A DNA stretch of 64,000 nt from Octopus sinensis (Eukaryota), in assembly GCF_006345805.1 (NCBI RefSeq), contig NC_043000.1:20894001-20958000 (forward strand), read 5' to 3'. A program made the position numbers and the translations under genes. Under the pieces are notes generated by a model. It was not told the origin of the DNA. It saw nothing but the letters and a program-made list of their open reading frames with translations, and ran no database searches. This document shows positions 49,501-60,232 of the stretch, one piece after another. The first letter of the stretch is position 1. Each line of letters opens with the position of its first letter.

Positions 49501-51172
49501 TGGTCAACGCCAGTACCTTAACTGGCTCCCATTCTGGTGGCACATAAAAAGCACCATCCGAACATGGCCAATGCCAGTACCCTGACTGGCTCCCGTTACG
49601 GTGGCACATAAAAAGCACCATTTGAACGTGATCAATGCCAGTACCCACTGACTGGCTCCTGTGCCAGTGACATGTAAAAGCACCCACTACACTCTTGGAG
49701 TGGTTAGTGTTAGGAAGGGCATCCAGCTGAAGAAACATTGCCAGATCAGATTGGAGCTTGGTGCAGCTGCTGGCTCTCCAAACCTCAGTCAAACCATCCA
49801 ACTCGTGCCAGCATGGAAAACGGTTGTTAAACGATGATGATGGTGATGATGATGAAACCGAGCAAAATTGCAATCGTGGCAGGTACCAGTGTCACGCAAA
49901 TGGCACCCTTGCCAGTAATACATAAAAGCACCCATTACACTTTCGGAGTGGTTGGCATTAGAAAGGGCATCCAGCCGTAGAAAACCATGCCAAATCAGAC
50001 TGGAATCTGGTGCAGCCTTCCAGCTTACCAGCCCTGGTCAAACCATCCACCCATGCCAGCATGGACAACAGACATTAAATGATTATGATATTTCTTACCT
50101 TTTTCTTCACATTCTCTTTTCAGTTCTGTGAATTCGGGTTCAGCTTTGACTTTCTCAGTTACAGATGCTCTTTGGATCTGTTTCTCAATGAATTTTGCAT
50201 TTCTTTCTTCATCGTCCATATCCATCCTCTCTTTTGCTTTGACTGCCTCTTGTTTACGAATAGTTTCTGGAGTTCGATCTACGTACTGACAGAACCAACC
50301 CTTTTCCGTATAATCTACCACACAATAACCTGCATGGAAAATAAAACTAATACATGAGTAAAGGAAAAAGAAAAAAATACAATTCAAATTAGGAATTAAA
50401 ATCTAAAAGTATTATTTGCTAAAGGTTCTAAAGATTTAACAATTAAAACAGTAACTTACAAATTAAGCTGACGAGGGAACACACACTGAATGAGGTTACA
50501 AATGTTTTAATTTCATATTATAGCTGGATGATTGATCACATAACAGGCTTCCTATAGGGCGGCGAGCTGGCAGAACCGTTAGCACGTTGGGCGAAATGTG
50601 TAGCCGTATTTCGTCTGCTGTTACGTTCTCAGTTCAAATTCCGCCGAGGTCGACTTTACCTTTCATCCTTTCGGGGGCGATAAATTAAGTACCAGTTACG
50701 CACTGGGGTCAATGTAATCGACTTGCTCCATTTGTCTGTCCTTGTTTGTCCTCTCTGTGTTTAGCCCCTTGTGGGTAGTAAAGAAATATAACAGGTTTCC
50801 TCACCAACTTAGTCAAGTAATTGCATAGTGGCATGCAATTAACAGAACAAAGACAACCAGATAATGAAGTCCATAAACTACTCAGCAACTTACTAAATGT
50901 ATTTGATAGATCCAGTTACTTATTTACAGTTAGATGTGGACATAGCAAAATGCCAGAGTATTCTTTTAGTATTCTTTTACTTGTTTCAGTCACTTGACTG
51001 GCCATGCTGGAGCACTGCCTTTAGTCGAGCAAATCGGCCCCAGGACTTATTCTTTAGAAGCTTAGTACTTATTCCATCCGTCTCTTTTGCCGAACCGCTA
51101 AGTTATGGGGACGTAAACACACCACCATCAGTTGTAAAGTGATGTTAGGGGGACAAACACAAATACACGCAC

Positions 51173-51219
<47 letters not shown>

Positions 51220-51936
51220 CATATATACGATAGGCTTCTTTCAGTTTCCGTCTACCAAATCCACTCACTAGGCTTTGGTCGGCCCGAGGCTATAGTAGAA
51301 GACACTTGCGCAAGGTGCCATGTAGCGGGAATGAACCCAGAACCATGTGGTTTGTAAGCAAGCTGCTTATCACACAGCTACTCCTGTGCCTATGGATGGA
51401 ATTGAAGAAACCCTTTGTTGTTCGCAGACTGTATAAAGCATGTATTAGGGTTGCGATGCTGTATAGTTAGTTAGTCATTGGAACTGAATGTGGTCAATTC
51501 TGTGTAGGCTGAAATGAAATGAATTGAGCATAGTCTGGAGGATCTGTGATTTTACATGGGAAGTAAAAGTGTGGTTGATCATTAAAAGGACCAGCTTATG
51601 CATGCTGGAAGCATAATTGTGCTGATAAGAACAATGAGGGCTGAGTGAAAAAGGAACATGTTTTGTGTGTTAAAGCAGTGATCCTCAACAGGGCTCCATA
51701 TAAGATTTTGTTGTTAAAATTTATGTGCAATTAATTGGTTACACTTCTACAATACACAAAATATTTTTTATAGGCATAGGAGTGGCTGTGTAGTAAGTAG
51801 CTTGCTTATGAACCACATGGTTCCAGGTTCAGTACCACTGAGTGGCACCTTGGGCAAGAGTCTTCTACTGTAGCCTCAGGCCGACCAAAGCCTTGAGAGT
51901 GGATTTGGTAGACGGAAACTGAAAGAAGCCCGTCGT

Positions 51937-51967
<31 letters not shown>

Positions 51968-54900
51968 AATATGTTTGTGCGTCTGTGTTTGTCCCCCAAC
52001 ATTGCTTGACAACCGAAGGTGGTGTGTTTACGTCCCTGTAACTTAGCGGTTCGGCAAAAGGGAACCGATAGAATAAGTACTAGGCTTACAAAGAATAAGT
52101 CCTGGGGTCGATTTGCTCGACTAAAGGCAGTGCTCCAGCATGACCGCAGTCAAAAGACTGAAACAAGTAAAAGAGTGTACAATTCCTAATGAGTTTTAAT
52201 TATAGAAACGTAATAGGTTTCTTTTTTTTTAACACTGAATGGCTAAGGAGGCCCAGTAACATTAAATAGGAACCAAAGGAATCCACAGGCAAAAAATGGT
52301 CCAGAACCACAGTTAAAATCTGTTCACATAATGCTGGTTCTTATACAAGATGATCAAGGATCAAGATGAAACTAAATGTTGTACAACAGACGCATCTAAC
52401 CCTAATCAAAGCTAAAATGGAAAACAGACATAAAATGTTGTGATGATGATGCTAAGTTTTCATGGCACCGGGAGATGTCAAGTTATTTCAATGTTTATTC
52501 TTGAAAACCAGGCCCCATCACACTAGTTATGATTGGAAAAAAATTAACTTGCCTTCTTTTCCTGTCCATTTGACAAAATCTGTCAAAGTCTCCCACTGAG
52601 TGGAATTCATGTGAATGTGATGACGATCTGTGATATATTCTTGGTATACTATGTTAGCATGAACTCGTTTTGTTCCAAAACGTCTACGCAAGACTTCCAG
52701 AAAACCATCGAGAAAATCTCTAAAAGAGATAAAACAAAACAAAAATATACAGTTGATAAGTAAATAACACTAGATATATTCAGTTGAGTGGGTGCTGCTA
52801 AACATTTGAAGAGTTTCAAAATGATATAAAGCATTGTATACAAATAAATTTGCATTTACATTTATGGAAAAGACTGACATTGAAAAATATAAAAATACAT
52901 AAGAAATTGAGTACAGGGTTTGAGAGATAAATGCTATTCCCAGAGATAAGTAGATTTAGATAATTTTGTATACATACATGTATGCCAGAACGGCTAACTG
53001 GCCTCCATGCCGGTGGCACGTAAAAGGCACGATTCGAGCGTGATCGTTACCAGCAGCTGTGCCGGTGGTATGTGTAAAAAGATTCAAGCGAGGTCGTTGC
53101 CAGCACCGCCTGACTGGCTCCCATGCCGGTGGCACGTAAAAGCACCCACTACACTCTCGGAGTGGCTGGCATTAGGAAGGGCATCCAGCTGTAGAAACTC
53201 TGCCAGATCAAGATTGAAGCCTGGTGCAGCCATCTGGTACACCAGCCCTCAGTCAAATCATCCAACCCATGCTAGCATGGAAAGCGGACATTAAACGATG
53301 ATGATGATGATGAATCTCACATATAGTTTCGGCATTCAATTGAAATTTGCAATTAAGATGAGTCAATATCTTCAACCAAAAGATGCTTAACAATTGTTGG
53401 TATGATTTTTTGATGAAGGATCATGCAAAAGAAGTTACAATATATAATGACTTACTTAGAAAATGTATCTATATAATCATCTGGGTTTTCAGCAAACAGC
53501 AACAGTTGCCTTTGGTGGGATTCAGACATCATGTGACATTTAAAGCCATTCTAAAATATAAAATTATACAATTATACATTCTAACATAAAATTATACAAT
53601 TAGCAATTCAAGAGGCTAATTAATACACTATTCCACAACAGTATGGAGTGAGCAAAATGTTTTAACATCAGCTGCAATTTAAACCAAAATGATTCCAAAC
53701 TGCAGATTTTGATTACAATGAAAGGCAACATTCTTAGTTAAAACTGTAGAAATTTACTGATTTCTGATAAGAATTACATTAATTCTAATACGGATAATGT
53801 TATTTTTAAAAAAATTTAATTGTAGAAATTTCAATATATTGGGTTGGCAACTAAGTTCTCGCTGTTTTTTTTAAATTTTGGAATCTATTTTTTTCGAGAA
53901 ATCTGTTTTTGAATCATTTTGGAATCTATTTTGTTTTTGTTCTAGTTAATTTTTGTTTATTTTCAGATCATTAAAATGGAATGTCAAGTTAAGAAAAACG
54001 AGCATTTTCGACACCTTCTTCTTTTTGCTCTTAATCTAGGTTCTAAGGCCACAAAAGCTGCTTGCAACATTTGTGCTGTGTATGGAGAAGGTGCCATGAC
54101 TGAAAGAACCACTCGTGATTGTTATGCCAAGTTCAAAAATGGAAATTTTGGCCTCAAAGACACACCTTGTTCTGGCCATCCAGTCGAGTTCAATGAAGAG
54201 CAATTAAACCAACTTTTGCACAAAAATTCTCATCAAAAAACAAGGGAACTGGCAGAGAAAATGGAATGTTCTCACACTGCTATAGAGAAGCATCTTCACT
54301 CGATGGGAAAGGTTCAGAAGTATGGAGCATGGGTTCCATATGCTTATGCTTTAAGCGACAACAACAAAAATCAATGAGCCACAATCCCCACTGGTTTGCT
54401 TGCTCATTACTGCTCAACTCATGGACACAAGCAATGATTTCTTTACTGAATCATTACTGGCGATGAATATGAAGCAACATAAGGAATGGCTTAGCCATGA
54501 TAAACAAGCAACACCGCGCATGAAACAAGATCTTCATCCACGTAAAACAATGTTGTGTGTATGTGGGACTAGGAAGGGATTACCCATTACACTCTCAAGG
54601 TGGTTGGCTTTAGGAAGGGCATCCAGCTATAGAAAACCATGCCAAATCAGACTAGAGTCTGGTGCAGCCTTCCAGCTTACCAGCCCTGGTCAAACCATCC
54701 AACCCATGCCAGCATGGACAACGGACGTTAAATGTTGATGCATCAGATATACTTAGTAGCATTTCTTCTACCACTGTATGTTCTGATCTCAAATTCTGTC
54801 AAAGCCTGCTTTCACTTTCATCCTTTCAGGGTCAATAAAATTAGTACCAGTTGAACACTATGTCTGGAAGGGTTTAGCAAATTTTTATGTGTTAAACTGC

Positions 54901-56324
54901 ATCCAAATTTTCACATTGGGAAAGACATATAGCTGGACTTAAACCCTGTCACAGTGATTAAAGTAGAGCAGCTAGAGCATGGTCATTGCCAGAACCACCT
55001 GACTGGCTCTCGTACCAGTGGCACATAAAAGCACCCACTACACTCTCAGAGTGGTTGGTGTTAGGAAGGGCATCCAGCTGTAGAAACTTTGCCAGATCAG
55101 ATTGAGCCTGGTACAGCCTCTGGCTCACCAGTCCTCAGTCAAACTGTCCAACCCATGTCGGCATGGAAAGCAGACGTTTAACATCTGCTTTCCATGCTGA
55201 CATGGGTTGGACGATGATGATATATATACATGAAAGTATGTATCACAATTTGAAATATTTATTTATCTTTTAATTGCTTTATAAATAATAATTTCTGATT
55301 TCAGCACAAAAATAGTAATTTTTTTAGGAAAGTTTATTCAATAATATCTACCCCAGTTGTAGATGGGCACTTCCATTTATCAACACCAGAGTGATGAAAG
55401 ACAAAGTTGAACTTATTGGGATTTGAAACCATGTAAAGAACTGGAACAAATACAGCAAAGTATTTTTTCCATTGCTTTACCAGTTCTGCCAGCTCACCTT
55501 AAGAATAATATAAATATGTATCTATAATAGATTATATCTTCGATTTCGTTCCACAGTTTATCAATGACCTTATAAATAGTATAAATGCTGTGGGCAATAA
55601 TAGGTTATGGATCTTTTCTATAGTTAAATTGCTACATACGTACAGTGGCAAAATAATACTATAGATAACAAACTTCCATTGCTTATAATAATGTTTTAAT
55701 GCAAACCAGTGCGAGATACCGCGTTAAATAATCCACAGAAAGGAATTAATAAAAATGACTAATTAATTTTTTAAAGCACTCCGTTGGTTACGACGACAAG
55801 GGTTCCGGTTGATCCGATCAACGGAACAGCCTACTCATGAAATTAACATGTAAGTGGCTGAGCACTCCACAGACACGTGCACCCTTAACGTAGTTCTCGG
55901 TGATATTCAGTGTGACACAGAGAGTGACAAGGCCGGCCCTTTGAAATACAGGTACAACAGAAACATGAAGTAAGAGTGAGAGAAAGTTGTGGTGAAAGAG
56001 TACAGCAGGGATCACCACCATCCCTGCCGGAGCCTCGTGGAGCTTTAGGTGTTTTCGCTCAATAAACACTCACAACGCCCGGTCTGGGAATCGAAACCGC
56101 GATCCTACGACCGCGAGTCCGCTGCCCTAACCACTGGGCCATTGCGCCTCCTAACTAATTAATACAAACATTACAACTGAAAAATACAAGGAAAGGGAAT
56201 TTACCTCATCTCGACATTGTTTTTCACACATCTGACAATACCATTTCAGTTTCTGGAGACCTTTCGCCTTAATACGATTGGCAATAGCCTTAGGTGTAAG
56301 AAAGCCGTGTTTTTCTTTACCCAT
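34811..56324 (-). CDS. KIN: DNA/RNA-binding protein KIN17, complete: complement(join(56205-56324,53456-53550,52553-52719,50099-50329,46811-46862,43602-43722,41273-41395,39270-39369,36719-36819,34811-34882)), 393 aa
   Basis: N-terminal C2H2 finger (WYCQMCEKQCRDENGFKCHMMSESHQRQ), winged-helix region (HIHMNSTQWETLTDF), C-terminal KOW/SH3-like tandem (LDQSHLETVIP; YEDISKL); 1182 nt, all phases compatible. Confidence 0.96.
34992..35195 (+). mobile_element. RTE LINE 3'-end fragment
   Basis: Ends ggacgttaaacgatgatg. Confidence 0.85.
35246..35570 (-). mobile_element. tRNA-derived SINE family E
   Basis: Matches 30720-31052. Confidence 0.7.
36043..36426 (-). mobile_element. SINE family A
   Basis: Full-length reverse copy. 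Confidence 0.9.
36719..36819 (-). CDS. KIN: KIN17 exon 9 (101 nt)
   Basis: ttcag acceptor, cag|gtgagg donor; GKTVKIVNGAYRGTNAVLQSINEKKFCATVAIKQ. Confidence 0.93.
37330..37670 (-). mobile_element. SINE family A, diverged
   Basis: Reverse copy with internal deletion. Confidence 0.8.
38266..38467. mobile_element. Tigger/pogo-like MITE
   Basis: Imperfect TIRs (tatagaaatcccttgcc / gccgagggcttactgta); related start at ~25780. Confidence 0.45.
38622..38971. mobile_element. hAT-like MITE (350 bp)
   Basis: TIRs catgggttctcaa / ttgagaaccaccg; perfect 8-bp TSD ctctatat (38614-38621, 38972-38979). Confidence 0.85.
39270..39369 (-). CDS. KIN: KIN17 exon 8 (100 nt)
   Basis: ttacag acceptor, g|gtatgt donor; QVENLFMAVVKMLDTGDKVRLDQSHLETVIPAL; not in ORF track. 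Confidence 0.93.
39851..40020 (-). mobile_element. Mariner 3'-end fragment
   Basis: Minus strand SEFYIDGIKKLVNRWKEVIDNQGKYIDD* followed by TIR-like end. Confidence 0.7.
41273..41395 (-). CDS. KIN: KIN17 exon 7 (123 nt)
   Basis: ttcag acceptor, aag|gtagct donor; FEEMKREK...WLDEGIVVKVITKKLGDKYYKRKAVVK. Confidence 0.93.
41497..42050 (-). mobile_element. RTE 3'-end fragment with six ~65-bp units
   Basis: (cat)n tail plus alternating A/B units. Confidence 0.88.
42421..42639. mobile_element. piggyBac-like MITE, reversed copy
   Basis: TTAA|CCCTTTCGTTAC start; body is the reverse complement of 24436-24655. Confidence 0.75.
42941..43262 (-). mobile_element. RTE LINE 3'-end fragment
   Basis: Tail plus two units. 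Confidence 0.85.
43602..43722 (-). CDS. KIN: KIN17 exon 6 (121 nt)
   Basis: ttccag acceptor, aag|gtaaga donor; ...GTKRKSSALDDIMK; not in ORF track. Confidence 0.88.
43844..44234 (-). mobile_element. SINE family A
   Basis: Full-length reverse copy. Confidence 0.9.
44560..44961. mobile_element. Mutator-like non-autonomous TIR element
   Basis: TIRs gatcttttcggtttgaacggcagtttt / aaaactgccgttcaaaccgaaaagatc; perfect 10-bp TSD tgaaatatag. Confidence 0.8.
45260..45910 (-). mobile_element. RTE 3'-end fragment split by a SINE B insertion
   Basis: RTE tail continuous across the SINE. Confidence 0.8.
45406..45635 (-). mobile_element. SINE family B with 11-bp TSD
   Basis: ttcctaacacc at 45395-45405 and 45637-45647. 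Confidence 0.9.
46811..46862 (-). CDS. KIN: KIN17 exon 5 (52 nt)
   Basis: ctaaag acceptor after pyrimidine tract, aa|gtaaga donor; VTFNLGTFVKKKEEELK; supplies the required phase 1 to phase 2 bridge. Confidence 0.85.
48955..49240 (-). mobile_element. SINE family D, diverged
   Basis: Matches 55780-56151 core. Confidence 0.65.
49270..49855 (+). mobile_element. RTE 3'-end fragment with ~7 units of 57-59 bp
   Basis: Repeated ctgactggctcccatt..gtggcacataaaaagcaccatc; ends gttaaacgatgatg. Confidence 0.88.
50099..50329 (-). CDS. KIN: KIN17 exon 4 (231 nt)
   Basis: atgcag acceptor, g|gtaaga donor; GYCVVDYTEKGWFCQYVDRTPE...PEFTELKRECEEK. Confidence 0.95.
50558..50790 (+). mobile_element. SINE family B
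   Basis: Full-length copy. Confidence 0.88.
50972..51393 (-). mobile_element. SINE family A
   Basis: Full-length reverse copy. Confidence 0.9.
51769..52176 (+). mobile_element. SINE family A
   Basis: Full-length copy, head-to-head with 50972-51393. Confidence 0.9.
52553..52719 (-). CDS. KIN: KIN17 exon 3 (167 nt), GC donor
   Basis: ttttag acceptor, gaag|gcaagt donor; DFLDGFLEVLRRRFGTKRVHANIVYQEYI...WETLTDFVKWTGKEG. Confidence 0.93.
52985..53313 (+). mobile_element. RTE LINE 3'-end fragment
   Basis: Units plus ggacattaaacgatgatg tail. Confidence 0.85.
53456..53550 (-). CDS. KIN: KIN17 exon 2 (95 nt)
   Basis: ttttag acceptor, aa|gtaagt donor; NGFKCHMMSESHQRQLLLFAENPDDYIDTFS; not in ORF track. 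Confidence 0.95.
53837..54580 (+). mobile_element. 5' half of a second, different mariner (pseudogene)
   Basis: TA+TIR ttgggttggcaactaagt; ORF 53976-54377 HTH region ending GAWVPYAYAL, broken thereafter; truncated by RTE tail. Confidence 0.85.
54985..55220 (+). mobile_element. RTE 3'-end fragment with fold-back duplication at its tail
   Basis: Tail followed by its own reverse complement (55146-55212). Confidence 0.85.
55780..56151 (-). mobile_element. SINE family D, young full-length copy
   Basis: Minus strand head ggcgcaatggcccagtggttaggg (A-box) ... ggtttcgattccc (B-box); CpG-rich. Confidence 0.8.
56205..56324 (-). CDS. KIN: KIN17 exon 1 (120 nt coding), MGKEKHGFLTPKAIANRIKAKGLQKLKWYCQMCEKQCRDE
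   Basis: ATG in caccATGG context; gag|gtaaat donor; not in ORF track. Confidence 0.96.
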
Positions 56325-56459
56325 GGTGATTGTAATTCACTTGAATGGCTTCATGTAAAAGAAAATAAACAGTAAATAAATTTCCTCAGTGCTTTAACCA
56401 TTGTAATTAATATAAACGTTACACTAGTCTTCATTTAAAAAACAAAATGAAAGGAAGCG

Positions 56460-56805
56460 GAGGTGGAGGAAAACATATTTACAAAGTAAGAAAACAGCAC
56501 AGCTCCCATGACTTCAGGAAACATTTTTTCACGCTGAGAGTTGCTGAAGCATGGAACAAACTGCCGGCATCGGTTGTTAGTTGTCGGAGCACTGCATCCT
56601 TCAAAACTTCCATGCTTCCTGAGATTCGCCAACACTACACTTGATTTTCTCCCCTCCATACACACACAAGCATGTATCTGACTCATACACTGTTCACTTT
56701 CCAGACATTTCTACATTACTGCATGTACTTTATATGCTCTTTCTGACAAGTTGTAGTGCACCTGAGCACTGTACACAATGTTTATTATTATTATTATTCG
56801 TCTAC
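56460..56805 (+). mobile_element. CR1/L2-type LINE 3' end
   Basis: RKHFFTLRVAEAWNKLP...FK motif, then 3' UTR ending in (tat)n. Confidence 0.7.
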
Positions 56806-56858
56806 AAAATGTCATGGCAAAACTAAAACCTCAATCGCCATCTCTCTCTATATATATA

Positions 56859-57268
56859 TTCTCTTTTACTTGTTTCAGTCATTAGACTGTGGCCATGCTG
56901 GAGCACCGCCTTTAGTCGAGCAAATCGACCCCAGGACTTATTCTTTGTAAGCCCAGTACTTATTCTATCAGTCTTTTTTGCCGAACCGCTAAGTGACGGG
57001 GACGTAAACACACCAGCATCGGTTGTCAAGCAATGCTAGGGGGACAACACACACACATATATATATATATATATTATATATATATATATATTATATATAT
57101 ATATATATATACATATATACGACAGGCTTCTTTCAGTTCCCGTCTACCAAATCCACTCACAAGGCATTGGTCGGCCCGAGGCTATAGCAGAAGACACTTG
57201 CCCAAGATGCCACGCAGTGGGACTGAACACGGAACCATGTGGTTGGTAAACAAGCTACTTACCACACG
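56859..57268 (-). mobile_element. SINE family A
   Basis: Full-length reverse copy. Confidence 0.9.
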
Positions 57269-57637
57269 CAATAGGATATCCTGTTGCTTATTCTGATTAT
57301 ATATATATATACTCACTTTTGTAACCCCTCGTCATCTTTATCTGTTATTTACAACTGATTTCTAGCTTCGCTTTGGAAAAAAATGGTTATTTACTCGACT
57401 TATAAAACTATTTGTATCTCTCACACATAAATTTCTATTTCTGACTGGTTATCTAGCTATCAATTTTTACTGCTTTCTTCCTTCCTTTCATAAAACAAAC
57501 TTGCAGCTAAAAGTACGGCTCAAAAAAGATATAAAATAAACAAAAACTGAGAAAAAAACAAAAACAACTGAAACTAAAATCTAAGTTATCAATAGTGTCA
57601 ACAATACGTTTTGAGTGTAAACTTGAACAATTACCAT

Positions 57638-57670
<33 letters not shown>

Positions 57671-57815
57671 CGAGAAAGAAGCAACATATATATATATATT
57701 AAGTGTAGGAAGAAATGGAGCTGAACGAAGATTTAACTAAATTCCTTTTTATTATTTTATTATTTTCTACATATCATTTGAATTATCCGTAGTAAGATAA
57801 TTCATTTATCTACTT

Positions 57816-57859
<44 letters not shown>

Positions 57860-57987
57860 AAATATATACTGAACTTTTATAGAAGTTCCTACCGTTAATG
57901 GTTATATTTACATGCCGAAATCTACCAGTAAATAATTGTTGTTGTTTTTTTAAAAACCATTAAAGCTATTATTTACTCTTATTATAT

Positions 57988-58025
<38 letters not shown>

Positions 58026-58206
58026 CATACAAATTTGAACTTAACTATGGTCTGTCTATAGCACTTATTCAGCATTACTTGACACCTTTATCTCTTATAA
58101 CCTTAACTATATATACATATAAACAAAGGAATATGCAGAAAACAGGAAAGAACACACAACGAACGTTGACATTCTGAACAACTGTCGACTTCAAAGCAAC
58201 TATATA

Positions 58207-58314
<108 letters not shown>

Positions 58315-58845
58315 CACACCGTCATTATTACACTTTTAAGTCCGAAGATTTATAAAATATATTTTCTTGTTTCTAATAAAAGAAAATCAATTTACTGAGA
58401 GAAATTAACATAAAACGTATTGAGGACGTGTGTGTGTGTGTGTGTGTTAGTTAATACCATTTGCCAAATTTTAAATACATACCGTCAATAAAATCCGGAT
58501 TGAAAACTTCAAAATAACACCCTCACACTAAACGGAACTAATTTCAAAGAAATATATATTAGTTCTGTTTATATATATCTATATTTAAAAAGTATGTGAA
58601 AGGGAATTATTTTCATCACATTAACAGTGAAAAGAAGCTTCTCTTCTTAAAACCAAAGCATTTTAAACTCATTATTATTTAAAATAACCAGGTTAATTAA
58701 AGATACAGGAGTGTATGACAAATAACTAACTACAGGTTTTAGGTCGCTTATCACCGGTCGTCACCTAAAACATATTTCCGTCAATAAACGAGGGGAGTTA
58801 ATTAATGACATTAACTTCTATATTCAGGACCATGAGTAAAACTTC

Positions 58846-59078
58846 GGTCGGCGAGCTGGCAGAAACGTTAGCATGCCGGGCGAAATGCTTAGAGGTATTT
58901 CGTCTGCCGTTACGTTCTGAGTTCAAATTCCTCCGAGGTCGACTTATCCTTTCATCCTTTCGGGGTCGATAAATTAAGTACCAGTTACGCACTGGGGCCG
59001 ATGTAATCGACTTAATCCATTAGTCTGTCCTTGTTTGTCCGCTCTGTGTTTAGCTCCTTGTGGGTAATAAAGAAATAG
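58846..59078 (+). mobile_element. SINE family B
   Basis: Full-length copy. Confidence 0.88.
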
Positions 59079-60117
59079 GTACTTACATAAGAAGAGTGGT
59101 CCCGGTACGCGCACCCACGCTAGCTAGTCGTGACTAGTCGATCCTTTGGATCTTTTCCTTTTGAACGGCACATGTCAACACAATTTCTAGTTAACTAAAC
59201 ACTTTAAAACTTCGTATACTGGTAGAATGTGTCAAAATAAAACATTTTTTTCTCTTGGCTTTCTTGATAAAATTGTAATTCGTTTGTTTAACGTAGTTTA
59301 ATTTTTCGAATTTTAACCAATGAATCGCCTCTAATTGAGCTAAAATCATTTGCTGCGTCTAAAACTGAGACAACATCCTGTCACTAACCCTAACCCTAAA
59401 TTTTTGCCTTTCATTTTCTTTTCTTAATTGTTAAAATAATTTAAACAATTAACAATTAAGAAAAAAACAAAAGGCTAAAACGAAAGCAATGGAAAATAAT
59501 TTAAACAATTAACAAACAAAATAATTCTATAATTTTATACACATGCTTTCCGTAACTCACGCTTTCCGTATACGTACGGAAAGCGTGTGTATAAAATTAT
59601 AGAATAATTTTGTTTGTTAATTGTTTAAATTATTTTCCATTGCTTTCGTTTTAGCCTTTTGTTTTTTTTACACGCGTAACAATTAAGAAAAAAAAAATTA
59701 GGGTTAGGGTTTGTGACAGGATGTTGTCTCAGTTTTAGACACAGCAAATGATTTTAGCTCAATTAGAGGCGATTCATTGATTAAAATTCGAAAAATTAAA
59801 AACAAATTACAATTTTATTAAGAAAGCCAAGAGAAAAAAATGTTTTATTTTGACACATTCTACCAGTATACGAAGTTTTAAAGTGTTTAGTTAACTAGAA
59901 ATTGTGCTGACATGCGCCGTTCAAAAGGAAAAAATCCGATCCTTACTTTGTGTTTTTGTGTTTTATTTACTTTGTTTAAAAAAATTATTTTCTTTGTGCT
60001 TTTGTGTTTTATTTACTTTGCTAGGTAGTTGTTGTAGGACCGACTAGTCACGACTAGCTAGCGCGGATGCGCGAGTACGCTAGTGAGCACACCGGGACCA
60101 CTCTTCTTAAGTAGTAC
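59079..60117. mobile_element. Outer TIR element hosting the foldback
   Basis: taagaagagtggtcccggt (59088-59106) / accgggaccactcttctta (60091-60109); sub-terminal ctagctagtcgtgactagtcg also inverted. Confidence 0.7.
59149..59936. mobile_element. Foldback (almost fully palindromic) Mutator-like element
   Basis: Arms of ~420 and ~360 bp meeting at gctttccgta-tacg-tacggaaagc; ends as in 44560-44961; flanks cgatcctttg / cgatccttac (8 of 10). Confidence 0.85.
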
Positions 60118-60232
60118 GAAAGTTTCTTCATCGTCATCATTTCTGCTACAATAGCAACCAAATCTTCCACAATTATCATCGCACCAACTTTAAAAAAAAA
60201 AAAAAAAAGGAAGGACACATTAGACAGAGTAG

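Noticed and set aside
52649-52855. KLFKC segment as KIN17 exon 2
   Set aside because: The true exon 2 (NGFKCHMMSESHQRQ) is at 53456-53550 with correct splice sites.
56078-56151. tRNA gene, and similar heads in SINE A, B and E
   Set aside because: A and B boxes are present, but there is no clean cloverleaf and each continues into a multi-copy SINE body.
33964-56324. KIN17 nested within a reelin intron
   Set aside because: The reelin reading frame is complete at 33963 and no reelin-like exons occur further right; the genes are convergent.
59384-59711. Interstitial telomere or chromosome-fusion scar
   Set aside because: Only 2-3 hexamers per side, and they are part of a transposon family (also at 44850).
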